A stretch of DNA of 24,283 bases, taken from Methylocystis sp. Lineage in GTDB: Bacteria; Pseudomonadota; Alphaproteobacteria; Rhizobiales; Beijerinckiaceae. The stretch covers positions 1-24,283 of the forward strand of contig JALHNR010000015.1 of NCBI GenBank assembly GCA_022843525.1, written 5' to 3'. The first letter of the stretch is position 1. Each line of letters begins with the position of its first letter. This document shows positions 1 through 7,057 of the stretch, in pieces. The notes beneath the pieces were generated by a model, which worked only from the letters and a program-made list of their open reading frames with translations, was not told the DNA's origin and made no database searches. Position numbers and translations under genes: made by a program.

Positions 1-641
1 TCGGACTCAAATTCACATCTCGATTATCCAGGGCGATGCGTCGATGGATGCCTCCGATCTCTGGAGAGCCTTAGCGGCGATTGAGCCAAGCGAGCGTTCG
101 TTCGACCAACGCCGTGCGCGAGGATGAATTCCAAGGTATCGATTTCGGAGGACCGCAAGCCTCGCTCGCGCTATTGCGGAAGCGAGCGGTGTGGCGCCCC
201 CTTAGCATCGACAGTCACGCGGGAAAGGCAATCCGTTCTCAGCCGCGACGTTCACTCACACGCGCCAATCACGTCACCCTTTTATAGCGGGCGTTGCTTG
301 CTATTACCGCACCGAGCGGCTTGCGTGTCGCAGCTTTCGTTGACAACGAAGGAAATTGGTGGATCATCGCGCCTGCGAGGGTGGCGATCCCTCTTTCAGG
401 CGGTATGCCCAAGCATCGCGGACGGCTCTTCAAAGCCGAGGATTCCGGATGCCGTCTTTATATCGACGTCTGTCTATGGACTTGACCGCTCGGCTCTACA
501 TTTGGCGGCGCGCCCCGGAGCGTCTGTTGTCGCGCCAGCAAAGCTGCGCGCGCAGCACGCGGCGGCTTTCTCATTGCGCCTCGCCTTGAACGCAGGCCGG
601 CGGGCGCTTCGAATCCATCCAAAATCAAAAGGAGAAAGCCC

Positions 642-1619
642 TTGGCTTCCGCGATCATTCGCATTGTTCTCTTAACGAGCGCCCTGGCGCTTGCAATAGG
701 CGCGCCGCAGCTGCGCGCCGAACCTGCGACGCCCATCAAGGGGACCGCCTATGTGACCTCGTGGTTCGGCGGCGTCGTTTCCGTTATAGATCTCGCATCA
801 GGCGCACTGAAGAAGAAAATCCCAGTCGGCATCCACAATCATAACGTCACGCTGCGTCCCGATCAGAAACAAGCTTGGGTCACGAACAACAACGCGGGAA
901 CCCTATCCATCATCGATACGCAAGCAAATAGCGTGATCAAGTCGCTGCCAACAGGAAAGGGTCCGCGACACATCTTTTTCAGCGCCGATGGCAAGGAAGC
1001 ATACGTTACGAACGAGTTCGACGACCGGGTGGAAATTTTTGACGCGCAGGCGGGTGCATCGCTTGGCGTCGTCAAGGCGGGCTCGATGCCGCATTTCGCG
1101 CTCGCTTCAGGCGACAGGCTTTTCGTCTCGAATTTCGGCGGCGGCGACGTGACGGTGCTCTCACGCGCAAAACGCCAGGCGCTCGCGACGATCGCTGTCG
1201 GAACGGGGCCGCTGGGCCAAGGCGCGACCAAGGACGGCAAGCGCGTCTATGTCGCCTGTCACAACGCCAATCACGTCGCCGTAATCGACGCCGAAAGCCT
1301 TCGGCGGATAGCGGATGTCGAGACCGATGCGGGCCCGGTGCAAGTCACGGTCGCACCAAATCAGACCTTCGCTTATGTCGCTAATGACGGGGCGGGCACG
1401 GTGCAGAAAATCGACCTTGCCGTGAACAAAGTCGTCAAAACGATCTCCATAGCGCCGGACGCGGGCAGTCACGGCGTCGGCTTCGCCGGCGACGGTCGCT
1501 GGCTCCTCATCACCAATACGGGAGCCAACAGCCTCTCGATCTTCGACACGCAGACGGATGAGATTGTGAAGACAATCTCCGTTCCGACAGCGCCTGAAGG
1601 CGTTGCGGTCCGGCGTTGA
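642..1619 (+). CDS. Secreted YVTN-family 7-bladed beta-propeller repeat protein
   Basis: An N-terminal signal peptide (MASAIIRIVLLTSALALAIGAPQLRA) is followed by seven roughly 40-aa repeats. Each repeat has the YVTN signature: AYVTS, AWVTNNNAGTLSIID, AYVTNEFDDRVEIFD, LFVSNFGGGDVTVL, VYVACHNANHVAVID, AYVANDGAGTVQKID, LLITNTGANSLSIFD. An AAGGAG Shine-Dalgarno sequence sits 8 nt upstream of the ATG, and the TGA stop is at 1617. Confidence 0.75.
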   Translation: MASAIIRIVLLTSALALAIGAPQLRAEPATPIKGTAYVTSWFGGVVSVIDLASGALKKKIPVGIHNHNVTLRPDQKQAWVTNNNAGTLSIIDTQANSVIKSLPTGKGPRHIFFSADGKEAYVTNEFDDRVEIFDAQAGASLGVVKAGSMPHFALASGDRLFVSNFGGGDVTVLSRAKRQALATIAVGTGPLGQGATKDGKRVYVACHNANHVAVIDAESLRRIADVETDAGPVQVTVAPNQTFAYVANDGAGTVQKIDLAVNKVVKTISIAPDAGSHGVGFAGDGRWLLITNTGANSLSIFDTQTDEIVKTISVPTAPEGVAVRR

Positions 1620-1906
1620 AAAGCATCTTTGTTGCGAAACGGGGGAGACGCTCGCAATTCGATGGCGCCAGACTGCCCGAATCAGTCTTGTTCTCTTTAG
1701 CTATAACGGCGCTTCGAAATTCCACGGACTATCGTCCGTGCCGCGGGCGTCGTTTAGCAGCTTTCCCTGCCCGCAGCGGATCAGAGACTTAGTTGCGCCG
1801 CAAAAAATCCCAGCCGTTCATGAGGATGGCATTTCCCTCAAGTGTTGCTACATTTGGCTGCGGTACGCGTTTGTCCCGCACCCGCGTTAATTTCGCCTGA
1901 GCCGTG

Positions 1907-2608
1907 ATGGAAATTATGCAACGATCTAATGCAGAGTGGCTGACGGCGCTTCAGGAGGGCGGTCGAGACCAACAGTTAGCGCTTGCGGACCTTCGAGCGC
2001 GACTGCTTGCGGCAATTCGGGCCTATTTGGCGAAAGGCTACGCCACGCAAGAATCAACGCGTTCAGATGAAGCGCAGCACCTTGCTGAAGACTGCGCACA
2101 AGAGGCCATTCTCATTATACAATCAAAACTTGGAGACTTTCGCGGCGAAAGCCGCTTTATGACTTGGGCTTATTCAATCGCAATCAGAGTCGTGCTCGGA
2201 GAGCTGCGCCGCCGTCGCTGGCGAGAAGCTACGATCGAGCGCGCTCAGCTTGGACAGACTTTGCCGGCTTGGCCGATTCAAGAACCGGGGCCGGAGCGCA
2301 GTCTACAGCAGCGCGAAGCGTGGACTCTACTGGCGCGACTTATCGGCGCCAAGCTTACTCCCTTGCAACGGACTGCACTTGTCGCTCACGCTTTTCAGGG
2401 AATGCCCTTGGACGAGGTCGCCGAATGGTTGGGTTCTAATCGGAATAGTCTTTACAAACTCATCCACGATGCGCGTAAACGGCTTAAGCAGGCTTTGCTC
2501 GAAGAAGGCGTGACGCACAAAGATCTTATTGCCGTGTTTGACGAGCCAAAATCGGGAACCCATCTCCATTCGGAGGGTAAGACTTCCTCCGTTCAACGCA
2601 TCTTATAA
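1907..2608 (+). CDS. ECF-family RNA polymerase sigma-70 factor
   Basis: Region 2-like (DCAQEAILIIQSKL..F.G.S.F.TWAYSIAIRV) and region 4-like (LTPLQRTALVAHAFQGMPLDEVAEWLG.NRNSLYKLIHDARKRLK) sequences are both present. The size and architecture are typical of ECF sigma factors. The start could be the GTG at 1904 or the ATG at 1907 or 1916. Confidence 0.8.
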   Translation: MEIMQRSNAEWLTALQEGGRDQQLALADLRARLLAAIRAYLAKGYATQESTRSDEAQHLAEDCAQEAILIIQSKLGDFRGESRFMTWAYSIAIRVVLGELRRRRWREATIERAQLGQTLPAWPIQEPGPERSLQQREAWTLLARLIGAKLTPLQRTALVAHAFQGMPLDEVAEWLGSNRNSLYKLIHDARKRLKQALLEEGVTHKDLIAVFDEPKSGTHLHSEGKTSSVQRIL

Positions 2609-2614
2609 TCAGTC

Positions 2615-2875
2615 GTGCCGGAACCCGACATGAAACACAAAGACTTTACCCGCCTCATTGACACCGTCTTCGCCGCTAAGAGCGGAGAGGAGATGCTGTG
2701 CACGGAATATTTTGATGAACTTCCACGTTACGTCGATATTGAGGCATCCGGTCAGGACGCCGGAGCCTTATTGCCCGAGGTTAAACACCATATGCATCAG
2801 TGCCCCGAGTGCGAAGAGGTTTATCTCGCCCTTCTGAGACTCGTGAACGCAGAAAAAACTTTTCCTTCGAGGTAA
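2615..2875 (+). CDS. Small zinc-binding (ZAS-type) anti-sigma factor
   Basis: This 86-aa ORF lies immediately downstream of the ECF sigma gene, 6 nt after its stop. It carries a C-x27-H-x3-C-x2-C arrangement (MLCTEY ... HHMHQCPEC) that matches the RsrA/ChrR ZAS zinc motif. It has no transmembrane segment, so it is a soluble anti-sigma. Confidence 0.6.
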   Translation: MPEPDMKHKDFTRLIDTVFAAKSGEEMLCTEYFDELPRYVDIEASGQDAGALLPEVKHHMHQCPECEEVYLALLRLVNAEKTFPSR

Positions 2876-2987
2876 GACCTCAGAATTCCGTCGCATCTAA
2901 GTCGTATCGGATCGAACTGGTTGGCGCGCGCGATCGAATCGATCGCCGGCATTGTCCCCGGTTCTCCGCTCGAAGGAGTGTGATGCG

Positions 2988-3965
2988 ATGCTAAGAACCT
3001 GGGCGCAGTTGGGGATTTCACGTTCGTTCGCGTTTTTGCTCATGTGGCCAGGCGCACTTCTCGCCGCTAGCGCAGCCTCTGCCGCCGACCAACATTTGAT
3101 CACGCTCAAAGCAAGCGCAATGCCGTCGGGTCAGCTGGCCTATGAGATGGTCAGTCACAAGGTCAAATCCTCCACAGGAAAGGAAAGCGACCTTATGGAG
3201 CGGTATGCGAGCGGTCCTACCATCCCTGGTCCCACGCTCGTCATGAAAGAGGGGGACGTCGCTGAGGTGACTCTTCAACATGGGATCGCCGACTCGGCTT
3301 TGCCGGTCAGCATCCATGTCCACGGCGTGCACTTCAAGATCGACAGCGATGGCACCATGAAGGTTTTGAATGGCGTCGCCGACGAAGCTGCGTTCCCAGA
3401 CAAACCTTACACATACAAATGGACGGCCGCGCCTGGAACGGCAGGCACGTGGGCCTATCACGATCATGCATTCGGCAATCCGATGCTCGGAGCCGAGGAC
3501 AAGGGGCTGTTCGGTACGCTCATCATCAATCCGGCGAGCGGGAAGGTTCCTGCGCTCATCGATGGCAAGATCGTCGACGTTGATCTTGCCGATGTGAAAC
3601 GCGAATTCATTATTTGGATGCATGAAACGACCTTTTGGGGCCAGGAGCTCAATCATATCATCGAGGGCGGCAAGGAGATTCCGTTATGGACTAATCCGAC
3701 CGTCGGTGCGCGCCTGGGCGAAAAGGTTCGCTTCCACGTCATGGGGCTTGGCACCGCGTTCCATACTTTCCATCTCCATGCGCATCGCTGGATCGAGCCC
3801 GGAGCAACCGCCGCCGTTGACACCGTCAACATTGGTCCAATCAGCCGCACCTCGTTCATCGTGAAGGCCGGCGAGGGTGTTGGCCCCGGCGACTGGCACT
3901 ACCACTGTCACGTTATCCAACACATGCAGTCTGGGATGATGGGTGATTTCCGCGTCATCGAATGA
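2988..3965 (+). CDS. Secreted two-domain multicopper oxidase (2dMCO)
   Basis: All four canonical MCO copper motifs appear in order: HVHGVH, WAYHDH, HTFHLHAH and HYHCHVIQHMQSGMM (the HCH-x3-H-x4-M motif carrying the T1 Cys). The protein is about 325 aa, so it has two cupredoxin domains rather than three. A signal peptide (MLRTWAQLGISRSFAFLLMWPGALLAASAASAA) is present, and an AAGGAG Shine-Dalgarno sits 10 nt upstream of the ATG at 2988. Confidence 0.8.
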   Translation: MLRTWAQLGISRSFAFLLMWPGALLAASAASAADQHLITLKASAMPSGQLAYEMVSHKVKSSTGKESDLMERYASGPTIPGPTLVMKEGDVAEVTLQHGIADSALPVSIHVHGVHFKIDSDGTMKVLNGVADEAAFPDKPYTYKWTAAPGTAGTWAYHDHAFGNPMLGAEDKGLFGTLIINPASGKVPALIDGKIVDVDLADVKREFIIWMHETTFWGQELNHIIEGGKEIPLWTNPTVGARLGEKVRFHVMGLGTAFHTFHLHAHRWIEPGATAAVDTVNIGPISRTSFIVKAGEGVGPGDWHYHCHVIQHMQSGMMGDFRVIE

Positions 3966-3992
3966 TCAATGACGAACGGGGGAGTTAAAGGC

Positions 3993-5834
3993 ATGAACCA
4001 CGCAACAATCATGAACCGCGTATCCTTTCTGACGTTGGCCGTGGCGACGACCTCGCTCGCTGCGTCGCTGTCGGCGCAGGCGAAAGACGCCGTGAAATCT
4101 GACGACGTTATCATCAGCCGCCCCGGCGTCCTACCGTCGGCCGTGCTGGAGATGACCGACGAGCCCGGCAAATGGTTCAAGGATCCCAAGAGCGGCGGCT
4201 CGCTCGTTGTGGTGAAGCCTGGCGAGGCGGTGCTCATCAAGATGACGGACACCAATACGGATCACACCATCACCAGTCTTGCCTGGCAGCCGGGCGCGGA
4301 CAAATTCCCGGTCGATCAGGAGAAGCCGTCGAACGCCAGCGTCACGCAGACCTTCGACAAACCGGGGCTCTATGTCTTCACCTGCAAGGTTCATCCCTAC
4401 ATGTTCGGCGCCGTTGTCGTCGACGATCCGAAGACGGAAGGGCTGGACATCGGCGGCGAATTGCAGCTCGTGACCGGCGCCAAAGTTCCGACGACAAGCG
4501 ACATCGCCAAGAAGCTGCTGCGCACCTTCTTCGTCGCCACGACGCCGGCGCTATGGCGCGACTATCGGCAGCCGAAGTGGGAGGTGAAGCTTCCCGATCT
4601 CGGACTCAATCTCGGCGGCGCGCAGATCAATCTGAGCGCGCTCAGCCTCTCGGCGCCGAACACGCTGCTGACGCCCCAGACGCCCGGCGTCGGCGAGGTC
4701 TGGGTCAACACGCAGTTTGAAGGCGTGAGCGGCAAGACGAAGTTCGGAACGGCGACGCAAATCGACGCGACGGACTGGACGCTCAAGAAAAAAGTCAAGG
4801 GCGTCGAGCAGAATATGAACAATCCCCACAATATGTGGCCCGATCCGACATATAAATACATTTATCAGACGGAATGGTTCGACAAGCGGCTGACCACCTT
4901 TGACCGCGAGAGCGGCAAAGTTCTTAACACACAGGTCGTTGGACAAAATCCGTCTCATGTGATGACGAGCCCGATAACCGGCATGCTCTATGTCGCCATC
5001 AATGGCGAGGACCGCGTGGCGAAACTGTCGCCTGGCGAATTCCCTTCGGCGATGGGCAACATTAATGTCGGCTCGCATTCCGGCCCGCACGGCCATCACC
5101 TCACCGACGACGGCAAATATATGATGACGCCGAACGCGCTGGCGGGAAGCGTTACCGTCGTTGATCTCGCGACCGAGAAAGCGACGGAAATTCCGACCGG
5201 CGGCGTTATCCCGATCGCGATCTGGAGCGACATGAACCATAAGGGCTATGCCGCCAATCTGCTCGGCACGCCCCCCGCCATGCTCTCCTCATTGACGGTG
5301 ATCGACATTGACAACAAGAAGAAGGTCAAGGACATCGACCTCGCTGCCGATTACGATCCGATCAGCGGCGCGCACAAGGGCGAAGCTTATGGCCTGCTTC
5401 CGATCCAGACCCCGGTGAGCCCTGACGGCAAATACGTCGTTACGGCGAACACGTTGAGCGCCACGGTCACGATCGTCGATGTGAAGACGGACAAGGTGGT
5501 GAAAAGCCTGCCCTGCGAAGCAGGCTGCCACGGCGTCAACTTCGGACACAAGAAGGGAGGCGGCTATTACGCCTATGTGGCGAGCAAATTCGCCAATGAC
5601 TTGATCGTTATCGACATGGATAAGCTCGAAGTTGTAGGCCGCATTCTGCTCGCGGATTCTAAGGACGGTCAGATCAACGCGCATAACGGCATGGGTGGAC
5701 AGGGCGTGTTGCCCTTGCCGATCGTCGAGCGGGGCATGCTTGCGCCCACGCTAAAACTCGCGGGAACAGGCAAGTTGAGCGCCGAAGTCGAGGGATGGCT
5801 CAAGCTTCTAACCAAGGAGCAACGCGGCAACTGA
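3993..5834 (+). CDS. Secreted fusion protein: N-terminal type-1 (amicyanin/pseudoazurin-like) cupredoxin plus C-terminal YVTN beta-propeller
   Basis: A signal peptide (MNHATIMNRVSFLTLAVATTSLAASLSAQA) leads a cupredoxin domain with His (DHTITS) ... FTCKVHPYMFGAVVV. This is a C-x2-H-x2-M blue-copper site. About 420 aa follow, carrying YVTN repeats (LYVAINGEDRVAKL, YMMTPNALAGSVTVVDL, YVVTANTLSATVTIVDV, AYVASKFANDLIVIDM) and several His-rich loops. A GGGGGAG Shine-Dalgarno precedes the ATG at 3993. Confidence 0.7.
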   Translation: MNHATIMNRVSFLTLAVATTSLAASLSAQAKDAVKSDDVIISRPGVLPSAVLEMTDEPGKWFKDPKSGGSLVVVKPGEAVLIKMTDTNTDHTITSLAWQPGADKFPVDQEKPSNASVTQTFDKPGLYVFTCKVHPYMFGAVVVDDPKTEGLDIGGELQLVTGAKVPTTSDIAKKLLRTFFVATTPALWRDYRQPKWEVKLPDLGLNLGGAQINLSALSLSAPNTLLTPQTPGVGEVWVNTQFEGVSGKTKFGTATQIDATDWTLKKKVKGVEQNMNNPHNMWPDPTYKYIYQTEWFDKRLTTFDRESGKVLNTQVVGQNPSHVMTSPITGMLYVAINGEDRVAKLSPGEFPSAMGNINVGSHSGPHGHHLTDDGKYMMTPNALAGSVTVVDLATEKATEIPTGGVIPIAIWSDMNHKGYAANLLGTPPAMLSSLTVIDIDNKKKVKDIDLAADYDPISGAHKGEAYGLLPIQTPVSPDGKYVVTANTLSATVTIVDVKTDKVVKSLPCEAGCHGVNFGHKKGGGYYAYVASKFANDLIVIDMDKLEVVGRILLADSKDGQINAHNGMGGQGVLPLPIVERGMLAPTLKLAGTGKLSAEVEGWLKLLTKEQRGN

Positions 5835-5945
5835 ACCATTGCAATTCAGCTCCGATGGATAGCCCCGAGCAGGGCTTCCATCGGGGTGATCAGTTGTTAC
5901 CGCAACAGACGCAGCACTCGCCGAATAATGTTAGGAGAAACGCGA

Positions 5946-6632
5946 ATGATCGAGCGTCAAGCCAACAAGACAGAACATCTGGTTTCGGCCCATGCAGATC
6001 GATTTCGTGACGGCCCGAGTCGTTTAATGGGTTTGGACAACAACTTTAGCGGAGTCCGAAGGTCGAAGCGTACCCAGGCTGAAGCTGAAGCGGCTGTGCG
6101 GGTTCTTATCGAATGGGCAGGCGACGATCCGAACCGCGAAGGTTTGATCGATACGCCTGAGCGGGTGGCGCGTTCTTATCGCGAATTGTTCGCTGGCTAC
6201 GCCGCCGATCCTCGCGAATATCTCAAGCGCACGTTCGAAGAAGTGGGCGGTTATGACGAGCTGGTCGTATTGAAGAACATCCGCGTCGTTACTTTTTGCG
6301 AACATCACATGCTGCCGGTGATCGGACGCGCGCATGTCGGTTACCTGCCGACAAACCGGGTCGTGGGAATCTCCAAACTGGCGCGGGTCGTGCACGGATT
6401 CGCGCGTCGATTACAGATTCAGGAGAAGCTAACCGCTGAGATCGCCGAAGCCATCCAGGAAATTCTCGAGCCGCAAGGAGTAGGAGTGGTCGTCGAGGCC
6501 GAACACAGTTGCATGACCTTGCGTGGCGTGAACACGCTCGGATCCACATTGACCACTAGCCGGTTACTCGGCGTAATCCGCGACGACGCCCGCTCACGAG
6601 AGGAATTCCTCGGCATGGTGCGCCGAGCCTAG
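5946..6632 (+). CDS. folE: GTP cyclohydrolase I (FolE type I)
   Basis: FolE signature stretches are present: [29 protein letters not shown] (the CEHH zinc site), GISKLARVV and QIQEKLT. An AGGAGAAAC Shine-Dalgarno precedes the ATG at 5946. The ORF's upstream extension to 5886 is probably not translated. Confidence 0.85.
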   Translation: MIERQANKTEHLVSAHADRFRDGPSRLMGLDNNFSGVRRSKRTQAEAEAAVRVLIEWAGDDPNREGLIDTPERVARSYRELFAGYAADPREYLKRTFEEVGGYDELVVLKNIRVVTFCEHHMLPVIGRAHVGYLPTNRVVGISKLARVVHGFARRLQIQEKLTAEIAEAIQEILEPQGVGVVVEAEHSCMTLRGVNTLGSTLTTSRLLGVIRDDARSREEFLGMVRRA

Positions 6633-6704
6633 AATTTGGACCAGCGGCTGACGAAAGAAGCATTGGGAGCGGAACGCCATGGAAGATGGCATTCTCTAAG
6701 TTCT

Positions 6705-6765
6705 CCCGCTTGTAATTTTGCCTCGACCCGAGGGACCGGCTCTAGATGGAGACCGTTGCACGAGC
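6705..6765. repeat. Roughly 60-bp element also present at 19415-19478
   Basis: cttgtaattttgcctcgacccgagggaccggctctagatggagaccgttgcacgagcg is compared with cttgtaatttgtccccgagccaagggatcggctcgagatggagacctttgcccgaatcgcg. Both end with an ATGGAGACC start-like codon context. Confidence 0.5.
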
Positions 6766-7018
6766 GTTGTCGCCGATAATAGCTCGAGCCTTGAATCTGG
6801 AAGACGGGGGGTTTCCAAATCTGGAGATCCGCAACGGTGAGCTCGTTGGAACGATAGTTGCTTGTGCGGTAGAAATGCGCGCTGACCTGATCGTTATGCA
6901 GACCGATGGTCGCGATAGCGCTTTGGACTCGATCATCGGGAGCACAACCGAGCGCGTCATACACGAAGCGCCTTGCTCCCTAGATGACGTGAACCGAGAG
7001 CGTCTGTTTGGAAGGTAG
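6746..7018 (+). pseudogene. Universal stress protein (UspA-family) C-terminal fragment only
   Basis: ELVGTIVACAVEMRADLIVMQTDGRDSALDSIIGSTTERVIHEAPCSL matches the Usp C-terminal ATP-binding half (ADLIVMG..GR..L....GS..E.V...A.CPVL). An in-frame TAG lies immediately upstream of the first Met, so the N-terminal half is missing. Confidence 0.4.
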
Positions 7019-7057
7019 CGGCGACTCGGGAACTTTCACAGGGTGCTTTGCTTTTTG

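Noticed and set aside
124-675. 183-aa ORF and overlapping ORFs in the first 640 bp
   Set aside because: They have no family resemblance, they overlap each other and the YVTN start, and the Arg/Ser-rich composition is typical of non-coding high-GC sequence. The region may hold a promoter or the 3' end of an upstream gene, but I cannot support a CDS.
2988-3965. Possibility that the 2-domain copper protein is NirK (Cu nitrite reductase), given the qnorB/nnrS neighbours
   Set aside because: In NirK the Cys is in the N-terminal domain, within HCAP...GM. Here the HCH-x3-H-x4-M motif is at the extreme C-terminus, together with HxH and WYHDH-type motifs. That is the MCO arrangement, not NirK.
4551-5240. 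229-aa minus-strand ORF inside the cupredoxin-propeller gene (plus 4172..4720 on the plus strand in another frame)
   Set aside because: It is antisense or out-of-frame to a gene with clear YVTN repeats and shows no recognisable features.
5946-6632. FolE versus QueF (nitrile reductase), given the NHase remnants downstream
   Set aside because: The CEHH zinc motif and the GISKL/QER blocks identify FolE type I. QueF lacks CEHH and has the E(S/L)K(S/A)hK motif.
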